Assembly (NCBI GenBank): GCA_963796105.1
Contig: CAWCKJ010000003.1
Coordinates: forward strand, 448,001-512,000
Length of the DNA stretch: 64,000 bases
Direction of reading: 5' to 3'
Source of the DNA: a candidate division FCPU426 bacterium
GTDB lineage: Bacteria > Oederibacteriota > Muellerivitia > Muellerivitales > Muellerivitaceae
The stretch's first letter is position 1; the number at the start of each line of letters is the position of its first letter. This document shows, piece after piece, positions 20,801 through 32,419 of this stretch. The notes beneath the pieces were generated by a model that worked only from the letters and a program-made list of their open reading frames with translations, was not told the origin of the DNA and ran no database searches. A program made the translations under genes and the position numbers.

Positions 20801-23800
20801 GTATTGGTCGGCGTGGGTGTGGGTGTAATAGTAGGTGTAGGAGTTGGAGTAGGTGTCGGTGTCCGAGTCGGAGTTATGGTTGGAGTGTTCGTGGGCGACT
20901 GGGTCCCGGTTGGAGTATTCGTGGGCGTCGGGGTAATAGTTGGCGTGTTGGTGGGGGTTGGAGTCGGGGTTGTGGTCGGTGTGGGAGTCGGGGTAGGGGT
21001 GGGCGTTCTTGTGGGCGTATTGGTAGGAGTGGGTGTCGGAGTGGTTGTCGGTGTTGGTGTCGGGGTGTTAGTAGGGGTAGGTGTGGGAGTTCTCGTCGGG
21101 GTAGGCGTTGGAGTTGTCGTGGGTGTGGGCGTCGGCGTATTTGTGGGTGTATTGGTGGGTGTCAGGGTAGGAGTATTCGTCGGGGTTCGGGTCGGGGTTG
21201 GAGTCGGCGTGTTAGTAGGTGTCGGAGTGGGTGTATTGGTCGGAGTCGGGGTGGGAGTGGTTGTCGGTGTCGGAGTAGGCGTTCTTGTCGGGGTCGGCGT
21301 GGGAGTATTCGTGGGGGTGGGTGTCGGGGTTGTGGTCGGAGTGGGTGTCGGAGTGTTAGTAGGCGTGGGAGTAGGAGTCCTGGTTGGGGTCGGTGTTGGC
21401 GTCGTAGTGGGGGTTGGAGTCGGGGTGTTCGTGGGAGTGGGAGTTGGAGTATTCGTTGGTGTTGGGGTCGGGGTCCTGGTTGGAGTGGGAGTAGGCGTTA
21501 CAGTCGGAGTGGGGGTAGGTGTGTTAGTGGGAGTCGACGTGGGAGTAGTTGTGGGTGTGGGTGTTGGAGTCCTAGTCGGGGTTGGGGTGAGCGATGGTGT
21601 CGGGGTGGGGGTAGGAGTATTCGTAGGAGTTGGTGTCGGGGTGTTGGTGGGGGTAGGGGTCCTGGTTGGCGTGGGTGTCGGGGAAACGGTGGGTGTCGGG
21701 GTCGGCGTGGAGGTATTCGTGGGGGTGGGTGTTGGTGTCCTTGTTGGGGTTGGAGTAGGTGAGAGGGTCGGGGTGGGTGTCGGGGTAGGGGATGGTGTGG
21801 GAGTCGGGGTATTCGTGGGAGTAGGAGTTGGGGTTCTGGTCGGGGTGTTAGTCGGTGTCGGGGTAGGGGTATTCGTTGGGGTCGGGGTGGGTGTACGAGT
21901 GGGGGTTGGGGTGGGTGAAGGTGTCGGAGTGAGGGTTGGGGTATTTGTTGGTGTGGGTGTCGGGGTCGGAGTCCTAGTTGGAGTTGGGGATGGAGTAGGT
22001 GTTGGAGTATTAGTAGGAGTCGGCGAGGGTGTCCGAGTGGGCGTATTGGTCGAGGTTGGAGTGTTAGTTGGAGTATTAGTACGGGTTGGAGTGGGAGATA
22101 CCGTTGGGGTATTAGTTACTGTAAATGTATTAGTATAGGTATTCGTATACGTAAAAGTTGGAGTAGAACACTGAAGAATGGCGGTAACGGAATTAGACGT
22201 CACAGCAGCCATTCCATTTGCCGTGATTGAGGATGCATTCACAAACGTTTGAGAAGAACTTCCCCCGCAAGCAACTGTTCCCCACCATGTAATTGCGCCA
22301 GATAAATCATAGACTGTTGCGGGAAAAGCCCAAGAAAGTGTGGAACCGTTCGTGAAATTTATGCCGGCCACACCGCCGGCAGCAGTGGATTCCCCGCCAT
22401 AAGTAATTCCGGTAGGCACAGGGTCTTTCAGGACTGTGTTCACAACTGCGTCAGCCTTGAAAAGGCTTAAATTTGAATAGTAATTGGTACCCGCAGTTCC
22501 GTCACCTTGCCAGCCATATGACGTTGACATGGAACAAATACAACTATCAACAGCCGTATCGGTCCAGTTTAGCGAAGCAACTGCCGAGGGATCCCCTTTG
22601 GGCCAAATGCTGACACTAAAGACCATTTGGCCCCCTACATCCTGCACGCTGACATTCATGGTGTACCAAACCCCTGCAGTAAAAGCAAAAGGTGTCCCAT
22701 TAAAGGTAATTCCCATTCCGGTACCGGGTAATGCGCCGTCTTTCTGGATAAATAAATTCGCAGGATTGGGATCCAACGACATTCCTATGGTATAAGCAAC
22801 CGTGGTGGCCCCACAAATTCCATAAGCAACAACCATATGGGCGTCAGCTTGGGGCGATGCACCCGCAACTCCAGAAGCGGTAGCAGGAACCTGTAAATCG
22901 CCCTGGATGATGTAGGGTTGCCCACTGCAAAGACTAATGGGACTGTTTCGAAGCATCATGGGATAAGGCCCGCAAGACTGTCCGCCGACTGTAGAATCAG
23001 TAAAAACATCAAGGTAATGATTTCCTTTGGAATCGGTATTCACAGTCCAAGTCCCAGCTCCCTGGCATGTCCCATTCGTTCCTACCAAGGTATAATTAGT
23101 AGTACCGTCATAACCTAGTCCCGAACCGGTCGTTGAACCGGTTCCGATATTGTCGTATGAATCATAAAATTGCAAACTGGCTTGCTGGATATGGTAAAAA
23201 AGAGTGTAAGTTTCCGTTTGGCCATTTGACAAATTAGAAAGAGACTGGCTTTTCATTAAAGTAAATCCCGCCGAGGTAGAATTGGCCGATACCGTATTGG
23301 TATTTACCGTTCCTGAGGAGTTTTTATAACCCGCGGTGTTTGAAATAGCTCCGGTAGTTGTGGCCCTCACCAACATCCACACCTCGCCCTTAGCATCCGC
23401 CCCTGAATCAGCAGGTAGAGTCCAGGAAACGGAAGACCCAGCTGCGGTCCCCGCGTCTCCACCGTCAGGGCTCAAAGAAACCAGAGTTGTACCGGCAGGA
23501 ACAGTATCCGTTATAACGTAACTGGAAGAATCGTTTACATAATCATAGTCAATAGCAAAAAGGAGAAGGTCCCCAACTGCGGCTTGCGTTCCTTGGACTG
23601 ATTTTATCGCAGTTGAGTTAAATGCCGGGATGGGTACGGTTACTGTGGCAAACCCATATATTCCTCCTGCCGTTACAGGTTGTCCACAGGTGTAATAGCT
23701 GGTTTTCCCTTCGACCACAACATCATAGGTTCCCCCGTAGGCTGCGTTTGGAATGGTTTCCACAAAAGTCAGTGGACCGCATGGATGAGCTTGGTCGTGC

Positions 23801-24282
23801 ATATCCCAGCTCGCTTGAGTTCCGCCAGTAAATGCCCCAAATGCTTGGTCTTGTTGCTGGGTTCCATTTCCATCAATCCACAGATAGCTTCCATTCACCG
23901 GGATTGAACATTGAGTAATAGTCGTTGGGCTTGGAACAGTCGCGTTGTTGTTTACTTGCATTACCAATTGAGTGTCATTGTATGGATCTGGGCAATAATT
24001 GATAACAACCGTAACCGGTTCTGTAGGGCTGTTTAAGCTGGGATCCAATATGGTAACAATAGGATTAGCCCCATTTTGAGTTTGCGCATAGGCATTAGAA
24101 GAAAATAAAAAAGAAAAGAGAAAAAGCGTTACCAAAAAAATATAAAAATAACACTTAAAATAAGATTTCTGAATAAAGTTGTCATTTCTCCGATTCAAGG
24201 TATTCCTTTCAATATATTTATAATAATGCAATTTTCTTGCCATTACAAAGTCACGTAAAGCCTTTAAGTAATAACATTTCAC
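17854..24282 (-). CDS. Giant secreted protein: DUF11-like repeats, Pro-Thr stalk, two FlgD-Ig-like domains, T9SS-CTD-like tail
   Basis: Signal-like [27 protein letters not shown] / LKDPVPTG / VQDQLPP motifs; two YNEAGE.V..L...W.G....G..VPNG.Y units; AYPNP...IYDLAGELV...SSGLYI. True start uncertain. Confidence 0.8.
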   Translation of the reverse strand: MKCYYLKALRDFVMARKLHYYKYIERNTLNRRNDNFIQKSYFKCYFYIFLVTLFLFSFLFSSNAYAQTQNGANPIVTILDPSLNSPTEPVTVVINYCPDPYNDTQLVMQVNNNATVPSPTTITQCSIPVNGSYLWIDGNGTQQQDQAFGAFTGGTQASWDMHDQAHPCGPLTFVETIPNAAYGGTYDVVVEGKTSYYTCGQPVTAGGIYGFATVTVPIPAFNSTAIKSVQGTQAAVGDLLLFAIDYDYVNDSSSYVITDTVPAGTTLVSLSPDGGDAGTAAGSSVSWTLPADSGADAKGEVWMLVRATTTGAISNTAGYKNSSGTVNTNTVSANSTSAGFTLMKSQSLSNLSNGQTETYTLFYHIQQASLQFYDSYDNIGTGSTTGSGLGYDGTTNYTLVGTNGTCQGAGTWTVNTDSKGNHYLDVFTDSTVGGQSCGPYPMMLRNSPISLCSGQPYIIQGDLQVPATASGVAGASPQADAHMVVAYGICGATTVAYTIGMSLDPNPANLFIQKDGALPGTGMGITFNGTPFAFTAGVWYTMNVSVQDVGGQMVFSVSIWPKGDPSAVASLNWTDTAVDSCICSMSTSYGWQGDGTAGTNYYSNLSLFKADAVVNTVLKDPVPTGITYGGESTAAGGVAGINFTNGSTLSWAFPATVYDLSGAITWWGTVACGGSSSQTFVNASSITANGMAAVTSNSVTAILQCSTPTFTYTNTYTNTFTVTNTPTVSPTPTRTNTPTNTPTSTNTPTRTPSPTPTNTPTPTPSPTPTRTPTPTPTPTNTPTLTPTPSPTPTPTRTPTPTPTNTPTPTPTNTPTRTPTPTPTNTPTPTPSPTPTPTPTLSPTPTPTRTPTPTPTNTSTPTPTPTVSPTPTPTRTPTPTNTPTPTPTNTPTPTPTPSLTPTPTRTPTPTPTTTPTSTPTNTPTPTPTVTPTPTPTRTPTPTPTNTPTPTPTNTPTPTPTTTPTPTPTRTPTPTPTNTPTPTPTTTPTPTPTNTPTPTPTRTPTPTPTTTPTPTPTNTPTPTPTNTPTPTPTRTPTNTPTLTPTNTPTNTPTPTPTTTPTPTPTRTPTPTPTNTPTPTPTTTPTPTPTNTPTRTPTPTPTPTPTTTPTPTPTNTPTITPTPTNTPTGTQSPTNTPTITPTRTPTPTPTPTPTITPTPTPTNTPTRTPTPTPTPTPTTTPTPTPTNTPTPTPTNTPTPTPTTTPTSTPTRTPTPTPTNTTTPTPTTTPTPTPTNTPTPTPTRTPTPTPTTTPTPTPTNTPTPTPTNTPTLTPTTTPSPTPTRTPTPTPTNTPTPTPTTTPTPTPTRTPTPTPTSTNTPTPTTTPTPTPTNTPTITPTPTNTPTGTQSPTNTPTITPTKTPTSTPTPTPTVTPTPTSTNTPTNTPTNTPTPTPTTTPTPTPTSTPTRTPTNTPTPTPTTTSTPTPTNTPTSTPTNTPTPTPTLTPSPTPTNTPTSTHSNTPTPTPTVTPTPTNTSTGTTSPTNTFTVTPTLTSSPTPTNTPTNTPTPTPTPTPTSTPSNTPTSTPTSTPTPTATNTPTITPTSTYTSTPTQTPTPTPTDTSTDTPLFTFTNTNTPTDTSTPTNTNTPTNTPTNTPTPTSTNTPTNTNTPTETSTPTNTYSPTNTPTNTPTPTPTNTLTNTNTPTNTPTATNTSTPTNTYTATNTPTNTNTPTNTNTPTNTPTPTSTRTPTNTSTPTNTLTATNTPTNTNTLTPTPTATFTPTPTPAAVLALQKQESESTGSSGDMVTYTLNVNVSNANAPGVVVQDQLPPNCTFTAFGVSPAGTSAVTTVSGGVTMMNWTLPTLTPGNYQLTYTVSINSFTPAGPIVNCAVLNYPGISPLSSCATLMVTGSYTVKIGVYNEAGELVKTLLVTQYSQPLVDLQLKNGDLINGLNDPILIYDQNTQITVWNGTDQNGNPVPNGDYYVKVDNVDSFGVDKSVVLNVVVSRSLEKVTIDIYNEAGEIVDTLYSVVEDPQGTVITGVKLSGTVLEPGSPTDGNLIITTNNGVTATWTGYSSSGAVVPNGKYFIEVHSTDGKGGETVIVTSVMVLNNPKQTVPKVWAYPNPLTSGFSQVEFQASNLGINLTVRIYDLAGELVTELKGAGGTSRVTWNAAGISSGLYIAKVEQKDLTGKIIAKQTLKILVEQ

Positions 24283-24373
24283 GCTAAATAAAAGAATTTT
24301 AGGATCATTTGAATCAGAAAGTCATTTGTTCGACTTTATGTCAAATTAACAACAGCTGATTTTATTTATTCAT

Positions 24374-24414
24374 AAAAAAACCGGTGAAAACCATATCGGA
24401 TTTCACCGGTTTTT
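24374..24414. terminator. Intrinsic terminator hairpin
   Basis: AAAAACCGGTGAAA...TTTCACCGGTTTTT just downstream of the 24453-31394 gene. Confidence 0.8.
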
Positions 24415-24452
24415 AAATTAGTATCTGTACGAAGGATTTAAAAAAAGTTTTT

Positions 24453-27400
24453 TTATTTTAATACCAGAATTTTGTATACCTTATCCATTGTTTGAAGCCC
24501 ATACATTTCAACTCGAAGGTAGTATAAACCATCCGCCACTTGCTTACCGTATTGGTCTTTTAAGTCCCAAACAATCAAACCAGTATTCGTTATTGTTATT
24601 TCGCCACCCACAATCTTTCTCAAGGCCAAGCTAAATACGGACCATTTCACCACAGTCGTTCCCGGCACTGAAATCTGCAATGATACCGGCCCGTTCACCA
24701 CAGGGTTGGGATATGGCGGAATACAAGTAGGCTTTGCCACAAGAGTCGGAGTTAACGTAACTGTCGGTGTAAAGGTTTGTGTTGGCGCTGCCACATCGAC
24801 AACAGCTCCTGCGACCGGTAATCCGTTCACTCGCACCGTTTGACCGTTTGTTCCGGTGGCTCCCGTCGCGCTGACAATGTAAGTCCCTGACGCCGAGGAC
24901 GAGAAGCTGGTTACAACCATGTAGGTGTTTCCATTCGATCCCAATGTATTGTTAATGGTAAAGGTGGCCGCTCCAGAACCCAATATTCCTGTGGCGATCG
25001 GCACCCCGTTTTCCAATAGTGTTACAGGTCCCATATCCGCAGGGTTTCCGGTTCCCGTCACCGTTAGCGTTAGGCTGGTTAGGGTAACCGTGCTGGAGCT
25101 TGGATTAGTGAATTGGACTTGGAGAACCGTCACTCCCGTCGCTCCGGGTATCTGGGTCGTCGGAGACGATGAAACTTGATTAGCCTGGACTGTGACCACT
25201 GTACTCGTGCTTGTGGGCGTAATGGTTGGCGTCGAGGAAAACGTACAGGTCGCTGTTGATGTCCATGTGGTGGTGGATGTGAAAGTCATCGTTGGGGTAG
25301 TCGTGGGTGTGTTTGTCAAAGTGTGGGTGAAAGTATTCGTTGGGGTAAAGGTGAATGTGTTCGTAGCTGTGGAGGTATTTGTTAAAGTCGGAGTCGCTGT
25401 GTATGTCGGTGTAACTGTAGGGGTATTCGTCGGCGATTGCGTCCCAGTCGGAGTGTTGGTAGGCGTATAGGTAATGGTTGGTGTATTGGTCCAGGTGGAT
25501 GTGAAAGTCTCAGTCGGGGTGTTGGTTGGCGTGGAGGTGGGTGTCCAAGTGGGCGAAAACGTATTTGTCGGGGTTAGAGTCGATGTAAGGGTAGGTGTAT
25601 AAGTTAGGGTCAAAGTAGAAGTAAAAGTAGGAGTGGATGTTGGAGTGGGCGTATTAGTGAATGTTGGTGTCAAACTCTTAGTTGGGGTAATAGTGGGTGT
25701 ACTTGTAGGCGACTGCGTTCCAGTAGGAGTGTTTGTGGGGGTATTGGTGATGGTCGGTGTATTTGTTTGGGTCGGGGTAAAGGTCGATGTCGGGCTGTTT
25801 GTGGGTGTTGAAGTCAATGTGTGTGTGGGGGTATTGGTGCTTGTGTATGTATTAGTAGGCGAGTTGGTGGATGTATAAGTCGGTGTATTGGTTCTGGTGT
25901 TCGTAGGAGTACCAGTCAGCGTGTTTGTGGGTGTGCTTGTAAACGTTGAAGTAGAAGTAACTGTATGTGTACTCGTTAAAGTTGGTGTGGAAGTATGTGT
26001 TGGTGTATTGGTTGCCGTATTCGTTGGGGTAGCTGTATTGGTCATAGTTATCGTGTTTGTTGAAGTCGGCGTCGATGTATATGTCGAAGTGATGGTTGGC
26101 GTATTGGTGGGTGACTGAGTACCTGTTTGAGTATTTGTGGGGGTTAAAGTAATTGTCGGCGTATTTGTTCTCGTTAATGTTGGCGTCAGTGTAGCGGAAT
26201 AAGTAGGTGTTCCCGTTGGTGTGTTTGATGGGGTTGATGTCGATGTTTTAGTAGGCGTTAAGGTGTTGGTTAAAGTATTCGTCGAAGTTGAAGTCGGCGT
26301 ATTCGTCAGTGTCGAGGTGGAGGTTCGCGTTGGAGTTATGGTAGGCGTATTCGTCGGTGAAGTCGTGCCTGTTGTGGTGTTGGTTGATGTCGGTGTAACA
26401 GTAGGTGTAGCCGTATTCGTTGGGGTGTTTGTCCTTGTTAATGTCGGCGTCGGCGTCCCGCTATAAGTGGGCGTTCCCGTAGGGGTGTTCGTAACTGTAT
26501 TTGTTTGGGTGTTAGAAGGTGTAGAAGTAAATGTCCTAGTTGGCGTAAGGGTGCTGGTAGAAGTATTCGTCGAAGTCGAAGTAGCCGTTGATGTCGGTGT
26601 ATTTGTCAGTGTCAGGGTCGAGGTTCGCGTTGGTGTTATGGTAGGCGTATTCGTCGGTGAAGTCGTGCCTGTTGTGGTGTTGGTTGCTGTCGGTGTAACA
26701 GTAGGTGTAGCCGTATTCGTTGGGGTGTTTGTCCTCGTTAATGTCGGCGTCGGCGTTCCGCTATAAGTGGGCGTTCCCGTTGGTGTGTTTGATGGGGTTG
26801 ATGTCGATGTTCTAGTGGGCGTTAAGGTGTTGGTTAAAGTATTCGTCAAAGTTGAAGTCGGCGTATTCGTCAGTGTCGGAGTGGAGGTTCGCGTTGGAGT
26901 TATGGTTGGTGTATTTGTCGGTGAAGTCGTGCCCGTTGTAGTGTTGGTTGCAGTCGGTGTAACAGTAGGTGTAGCCGTATTCGTTGGCGTATTGGTTCGT
27001 GTTAATGTCGGCGTCGGCGTTCCTGTGGGCGTATTTGTAGCGGTATTTGTTTGGGTGTTAGAAGGTGTAGAAGTAAATGTCCTAGTTGGCGTAAAGGTGC
27101 TGGTAGAAGTATTCGTCGAAGTCGAAGTAGCCGTTGATGTCGGCGTATTTGTCAGTGTCGGGGTCGAGGTTCTCGTTGGTGTTATGGTAGGCGTATTTGT
27201 CGGTGAAGTCGTGCCTGTTGTGGTGTTGGTTGCTGTCGGCGTAACAGTAGGTGTAGCCGTATTCGTTGGCGTATTGGTTCGTGTTAATGTAGGAGTCGGC
27301 GTTCCTGTAGGCGTATTTGTAGCGGTATTTGTTTGGGTGTTAGAAGGTGTAGAAGTAAATGTCCTAGTTGGCGTAAGGGTGCTGGTAGAAGTATTCGTCA

Positions 27401-30400
27401 AGGTTGGAGTCGCCGTCAATGTCGGCGTATTTGTCAGTGTCGGGGTCGAGGTTCTCGTTGGAGTTATGGTAGGCGTATTTGTCGGTGAAGTCGTGCCCGT
27501 GTTGGTATAAGTAACGGTATTAGTTACTGTTGGAGTATTAGTTGAAGTGGCGGTATTAGTGGGTGTGTTAGTTCTCGTCAGTGTTGGGGTAAGGGTAAAT
27601 GTATTTGTCGGCGAAGAGGTTGCTGTGTTGGTTTGTGTGTTTGTCCTTGTTGGTGTTTGGGTTTGCGTCGCTGTATTTGAAGGCGTAATTGTTTGAGTGT
27701 TTGTCGGTGAAGAGGTCGCTGTGCTGGTCTGCGTGTTTGTCCTTGTTGGTGTCTGGGTTTGCGTCGCTGTATTCGTAGGCGTAATTGTTTGAGTGTTTGT
27801 CGGCGAAGAGGTCGCTGTGCTGGTCTGAGTGTTTGTCCTTGTTGGCGTCTGGGTTAAAGTCGCGGTATTCGTGCTTGTATTAGTTTGAGTATTTGTCCTT
27901 GTTGGTGTTTGGGTTTGCGTCGCTGTATTCGTAGGCGTAATTGTTTGAGTGTTTGTCGGCGAAGAGGTCGCTGTGCTGGTCTGAGTGTTTGTCCTTGTTG
28001 GCGTCTGGGTTTGTGTCGCGGTATTCGTAGCTGTATTAGTCTGGGTATTTGTCCTTGTTGGTGTTTGGGTTTGCGTCGCTGTATTCGTAGGCGTAATTGT
28101 TTGAGTGTTTGTCGGCGAAGAGGTCGCTGTGCTGGTCTGAGTGTTTGTCCTTGTTGGCGTCTGAGTTTGTGTCGCGGTATTCGTAGCTGTATTAATCTGA
28201 GTATTTGTCCTTGTTGGTGTTTGGGTTTGCGTCGCTGTATTTGTAGGCGTAATTGTTTGAGTGTTTGTCGGAGAAGGGGTTGCTGTGTTGGTCTGAGTAT
28301 TGGTTCTTGTTGGCGTCTGGGTCTGTGTCGCGGTATTCGTAGTTGTATTAGTCTGAGTATTTGTTCGTGTTGGGGTTTGGGTTTGCGTCGCTGTATTCGT
28401 AGGCGTAATTGTTTGAGTGTTTGTTTGAGTACTCGTTGGCGTAATAGTTAAAGTCGGGGTCTTTGTATAGGTTGCTGTATTGGCGGGCGGAATAGTGGCG
28501 GTATAGGTAGGAGTACCTGTCGGAGGATTATTCGTTAAAATACAAACCTCATCTACCCAGAAAGTCACCGAAGCGGTGTTGTTAGACTCGGATTCCCACA
28601 TGAGACCCGTAACTTGAGTTAAAGCCTGCGCCAAAGTCGGCGGGTTGGTCATCGACCCCCAAGATTCCCGGGTTATGCTTGAAAGCGGAACGGTATAAAG
28701 CGTCCACGCTGTGCTTGGAGAATCAATGCTATACCCATAGTCGTCACTGTCTCCCGCATCAATTGTGGGATTTTTCACCTCAAAACGGAAGGTTGTAGCG
28801 CTAGATGAAGCTTTAAAATAGAAACTAAATCCATTACAGAAATATGCCAAATTCTCGTTCGTACCTGAATTCGGTATCAATCCTTCAAGTGCAAATCCAT
28901 CCGTGCTTGAATTAGGGGACGTTCCATATTCCATAGCACAATAATTTGTTCCATTGGCACCAGGGGTTTGTAATGAAGCCGTTCCATTCGTTCCGTTTCC
29001 CCAATGCGTGGTGCTCATCAAGCCACCGAAAGTATCGTATAAAGTTTGTTGTTCGTTATTATCGAAAACATAGCATTGCTGGGTAGGAGTGATCGTAGCT
29101 GTAGGGCCGCCAGTATTTGTTTTAGTTGGAGTTTGTGTAGCCGTCGGACAGGTTCCAATAAATTGAAGATCATTGAAATAAAGAGTCGCGGTAGAACCCG
29201 CAGTAGCGAAATTGACTTCCACGTCAATTTCCCAAATATTAGATTGCGTGACACCTGTGAAGGAAAATGACGACAAGGGAATACTTACAGCCGTCCAACT
29301 ATTTGTCAGCGACGTGGCAAAGGTCACAGCACTGCTTTTGTTGTTGCTTGAATCGACCAAGTAAACATAAGCCGCAGAAATCCCAGGACTTGCCGTCGAG
29401 CTTTCAATCGCAAAGTCCAGGCAGCTTTGATTGGCAACATTGATATAACATTTGGAATTGCCAGTAAAAGACCCCGCCCAGTTGTAGCCCACCTCAGCCC
29501 AGTTCGCTGTTCCAGTCGAAGCCATGCTCATGACCAAACCTGTCGTGGCTCCGCTGGCGGCATATGCCGCCGCAGTGGACTGGGTGATATTAGTGGAAGT
29601 TGAAACAGGGGATCCCCACGTTGAAGCAGCCACTCCATCGTAAGTTACGCTTCCGTTATAGAGCGTGGTCCCGCAACCACTGCACGGCGCAGGAGTATTC
29701 GTATATGTGGGTGTATTGCCGATTGTATTCGTACGAGTAGGGGTTGAAGTGGCCGAGCAGGTCCCTACGAAGGTTATATCGTTCATATAGAGAGTTGCCG
29801 CAGTTCCAGCAGTTGAATACAGTGCTTCCACATCAAGTTCCCAGGTATTGCTCGTGACGAATGTAGAAGGGTATGTAAATGAAGACATCTGGACGTTTAC
29901 GGATGTCCAACTATTGGTGATGGTTGTGGATAAGGTCACTGGATTGGATTTTGTGTTATTAGAATCCACCAAGAAAATGACCACAGCGGCGATTCCTGGG
30001 CTGGCAGTTGAACTCTCAATAGCGAAATCCAAACATGTTTGAGCGGCGGCATTGATATAGGCCTTGGAATTACCCGTATAAGAGCCGGCCCAGTTATAAC
30101 CTACCTCGGCCCAGTTCCCAGTTCCCGTCGAAGCCATACTCATAACCAAACCTGTTGTCGCTCCGCTCGCGGCATAAGCCGCCGCTGTGGACTGGGTAAT
30201 ATTTGTTGAAGTCGAAACCGGCGAGCCCCAAGTCGAAGCAGCTACCCCGTCATAAGTCTCACTTCCGTTGTAAATTGTCGTCGCACAGCCGCTGCAAGGA
30301 GGAAGTGTAGGTGTTATGGTAGGAGTACTGGTTTTAGTTGGAGTAAATGTAGGTGTCGCTGTAGGACCATTCGTAAAAGTCCGGGTAGGAGTGTTCGTGT

Positions 30401-31394
30401 TCACAGGCGTAGAATTGCATCCCGGTACCTGTCCGCTCGTCGAAGGGTTTCCAGGAGGCGCCGCTTCACTCGGAGAATAACTTCCGCCGTTCAACCCAAT
30501 TGTGACTGGAGTGTTTGATTCCCAGCTAGTGATTTGAAAATATTCCGTCCCCGAGTAGGCGCTGCTGCCGTACCAAAAATTCGGAAGACTGCTGCCAGTA
30601 TCCCGGGTGATGGACGTGAAAGGGCCAGAAGAACTTGAGCCATAAGCCACTGATTTGATTGGAATAATCGTATCCAGGAACATAAGCGGGTTCCATCCGC
30701 TTGACGCACTGTTAGCCCATTCATAGGCGATGTTTCCAGTCGTGTTATCAAAGGTAACTGCGGCTTGTCCAGTCAAGGGGCATTGAACAAAATACCACTC
30801 AACAGTCGAATTATCACGTCCGGATTGATCGGTGTTACTTGGAAAGCTTGCGTTATTTGATAAATAATTATAAGCGGTTAGAGAAATGTCCAAGTGGTAT
30901 GACCCGTTCCAACAGTTATTTAGGTTAACTCCTCCCACCGGGCATTCATCCACAATCATGACGGTACAAGCCCTGGCATTCGAAGTGTTCGTTAATGCCG
31001 CACAGGCGCCACATACAACCCCTCCTTCGCCACCACCGTTTCCACCAGACGCTGATGTATCCCCAAAGTCATAACTGTCAATGGCGGCAAAATAGTTCGG
31101 ATCATAAGTACCAGTGGGGTAACCACAAGCTGTTAAAGTAGGAGCTGTGTAATAGGTCGGCTGGTTCTCTTGGTATATCTGCTGTGTGTCTCCGGGGCAA
31201 AACTGAGGAGTCGCTATAAGGGTAGGAATGGCTACCGCGGAAGTGGACGCAGTGTGGATTGTTTGCGCAGACAAAAATGTTACGTTATTCACCCAAAATA
31301 TAACAGCTAATAGGGTGAAAACCCCAAAATGAAGATCAAATTTTCTTTGGAAAACCGGTTTCATAACGCCAACTTCTTTTATATTGTTTTTCAA
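24453..31394 (-). CDS. Giant secreted protein: expansin-like head, three CBM-like domains, Thr-rich stalk, T9SS-CTD-like tail
   Basis: TYY...ACGY...FAAI...CGAC...VMIVDECP...HLDIS (DPBB/expansin); two near-identical [12 protein letters not shown] domains; GFSFYFK...[10 protein letters not shown] (CBM11/CIA30-like); PYPNP...[10 protein letters not shown]. Confidence 0.8.
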   Translation of the reverse strand: MKNNIKEVGVMKPVFQRKFDLHFGVFTLLAVIFWVNNVTFLSAQTIHTASTSAVAIPTLIATPQFCPGDTQQIYQENQPTYYTAPTLTACGYPTGTYDPNYFAAIDSYDFGDTSASGGNGGGEGGVVCGACAALTNTSNARACTVMIVDECPVGGVNLNNCWNGSYHLDISLTAYNYLSNNASFPSNTDQSGRDNSTVEWYFVQCPLTGQAAVTFDNTTGNIAYEWANSASSGWNPLMFLDTIIPIKSVAYGSSSSGPFTSITRDTGSSLPNFWYGSSAYSGTEYFQITSWESNTPVTIGLNGGSYSPSEAAPPGNPSTSGQVPGCNSTPVNTNTPTRTFTNGPTATPTFTPTKTSTPTITPTLPPCSGCATTIYNGSETYDGVAASTWGSPVSTSTNITQSTAAAYAASGATTGLVMSMASTGTGNWAEVGYNWAGSYTGNSKAYINAAAQTCLDFAIESSTASPGIAAVVIFLVDSNNTKSNPVTLSTTITNSWTSVNVQMSSFTYPSTFVTSNTWELDVEALYSTAGTAATLYMNDITFVGTCSATSTPTRTNTIGNTPTYTNTPAPCSGCGTTLYNGSVTYDGVAASTWGSPVSTSTNITQSTAAAYAASGATTGLVMSMASTGTANWAEVGYNWAGSFTGNSKCYINVANQSCLDFAIESSTASPGISAAYVYLVDSSNNKSSAVTFATSLTNSWTAVSIPLSSFSFTGVTQSNIWEIDVEVNFATAGSTATLYFNDLQFIGTCPTATQTPTKTNTGGPTATITPTQQCYVFDNNEQQTLYDTFGGLMSTTHWGNGTNGTASLQTPGANGTNYCAMEYGTSPNSSTDGFALEGLIPNSGTNENLAYFCNGFSFYFKASSSATTFRFEVKNPTIDAGDSDDYGYSIDSPSTAWTLYTVPLSSITRESWGSMTNPPTLAQALTQVTGLMWESESNNTASVTFWVDEVCILTNNPPTGTPTYTATIPPANTATYTKTPTLTITPTSTQTNTQTITPTNTATQTQTPTRTNTQTNTTTNTATQTQTPTRTNTQTNTATPSPTNTQTITPTNTATQTQTPTRTNTQINTATNTATQTQTPTRTNTQTSTATSSPTNTQTITPTNTATQTQTPTRTNTQTNTATNTATQTQTPTRTNTQTSTATSSPTNTQTITPTNTATQTQTPTRTNTQTNTSTNTATLTQTPTRTNTQTSTATSSPTNTQTITPTNTATQTQTPTRTNTQTSTATSSPTNTQTITPSNTATQTQTPTRTNTQTNTATSSPTNTFTLTPTLTRTNTPTNTATSTNTPTVTNTVTYTNTGTTSPTNTPTITPTRTSTPTLTNTPTLTATPTLTNTSTSTLTPTRTFTSTPSNTQTNTATNTPTGTPTPTLTRTNTPTNTATPTVTPTATNTTTGTTSPTNTPTITPTRTSTPTLTNTPTSTATSTSTNTSTSTFTPTRTFTSTPSNTQTNTATNTPTGTPTPTLTRTNTPTNTATPTVTPTATNTTTGTTSPTNTPTITPTRTSTPTLTNTPTSTLTNTLTNTLTPTRTSTSTPSNTPTGTPTYSGTPTPTLTRTNTPTNTATPTVTPTATNTTTGTTSPTNTPTITPTRTSTLTLTNTPTSTATSTSTNTSTSTLTPTRTFTSTPSNTQTNTVTNTPTGTPTYSGTPTPTLTRTNTPTNTATPTVTPTSTNTTTGTTSPTNTPTITPTRTSTSTLTNTPTSTSTNTLTNTLTPTKTSTSTPSNTPTGTPTYSATLTPTLTRTNTPTITLTPTNTQTGTQSPTNTPTITSTYTSTPTSTNTITMTNTATPTNTATNTPTHTSTPTLTSTHTVTSTSTFTSTPTNTLTGTPTNTRTNTPTYTSTNSPTNTYTSTNTPTHTLTSTPTNSPTSTFTPTQTNTPTITNTPTNTPTGTQSPTSTPTITPTKSLTPTFTNTPTPTSTPTFTSTLTLTYTPTLTSTLTPTNTFSPTWTPTSTPTNTPTETFTSTWTNTPTITYTPTNTPTGTQSPTNTPTVTPTYTATPTLTNTSTATNTFTFTPTNTFTHTLTNTPTTTPTMTFTSTTTWTSTATCTFSSTPTITPTSTSTVVTVQANQVSSSPTTQIPGATGVTVLQVQFTNPSSSTVTLTSLTLTVTGTGNPADMGPVTLLENGVPIATGILGSGAATFTINNTLGSNGNTYMVVTSFSSSASGTYIVSATGATGTNGQTVRVNGLPVAGAVVDVAAPTQTFTPTVTLTPTLVAKPTCIPPYPNPVVNGPVSLQISVPGTTVVKWSVFSLALRKIVGGEITITNTGLIVWDLKDQYGKQVADGLYYLRVEMYGLQTMDKVYKILVLK

Positions 31395-31706
31395 TTTTTC
31401 TGTCCCTCAAACCTTAAAATGATTTCCTCAAACTTTTAAAAAGCTCAAAATCATTAAACAAGCTTCACTGAAATATTACCGCAATTTTGGTAAAAAACCA
31501 AAGTTTTCAAAGAATTTATCTCTCTTTAGTGAACCGTGTTTTAACGGTAAATCCTTTTTCGTTATTTTTTACTGAAACACACAACATTTAATGGTTTTTC
31601 CCTGTTTTTATCCACAATATATAGACGGAGTTGCTTGTCTTTTATTCCCAATTATAAAATTATTCCTTCTTTTGGATAATTTCTTAAAAAGGATTTTAAG
31701 AATAAC

Positions 31707-32327
31707 ATGTTAAAAAATAAAAAAAGTTTTACCTCCTTTTTCCTAATGATAACTCTGATATCCACTTCGATTGCTTACATAGGTGGTTGTGGCAACTCCG
31801 GTCAAGTACAGCAAGTTGACAAGCCCGGCGGTTTAACCCTTGGGGATAAAGCGGCTGATTTTAGCTTAATGGATGAAAATGGGCATTTGTTCAAATCATC
31901 CGAGGTCCAACCCGGATGGTTCCTCATCCTTATTTTTTACCGCGGTTACTGGTGTGGCGATTGCAAGAATCAGCTTTGGAATCTCAAGCAGGATTACTCC
32001 AAGTTCATGACAGCGCGTGTCGCCGTTGCCGCAATTAGCACAGACTCGATTGAAGACTCAGCTGACTTCAACCAAAATTGGCGGTTCCCTTTTCCGCTTC
32101 TTTCCGATCCAAATCTCCACTTGATAGACGCTTACGGCCTTCGCCATCCCCACGGGCACGGGATTCACGACATCAGCCATCCATCGATGATCATCATCGA
32201 TCCGCAAAAAACAATCCAATTCAAATATGTCGGGAAGAATCCCCAAGACCGCCTTCAAGACGACGAGATACTTTACGTCATCCAACAAATCAGAAACAGA
32301 CTCGCGAAAACAACAAATCAAAAATAA
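31707..32327 (+). CDS. Peroxiredoxin-like (AhpC/TSA) protein, probable lipoprotein
   Basis: Hydrophobic N-terminus ending IGGC; GDKAADFSL, FYRGYWCGDC, FPLLSDP. Confidence 0.85.
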   Translation: MLKNKKSFTSFFLMITLISTSIAYIGGCGNSGQVQQVDKPGGLTLGDKAADFSLMDENGHLFKSSEVQPGWFLILIFYRGYWCGDCKNQLWNLKQDYSKFMTARVAVAAISTDSIEDSADFNQNWRFPFPLLSDPNLHLIDAYGLRHPHGHGIHDISHPSMIIIDPQKTIQFKYVGKNPQDRLQDDEILYVIQQIRNRLAKTTNQK

Positions 32328-32370
32328 AAAACCCCATCAAGAATTTAATTATTCCTGATGAGGTTTTATT
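32324..32370. terminator. Bidirectional terminator-like hairpin
   Basis: ATAAAAAACCCCATCAAGAAT...ATTCCTGATGAGGTTTTAT between convergent genes. Confidence 0.6.
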
Positions 32371-32419
32371 ATTCGAAATTACTTTTAACAACACTACCTA
32401 TGTGAACGTTTAATCCGCG

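Noticed and set aside
13257..28451. Many long plus-strand Val-Gly-rich and Arg/Cys-rich ORFs
   Set aside because: Antisense shadows of the Thr-Pro codon repeats; the minus frame carries recognisable domains
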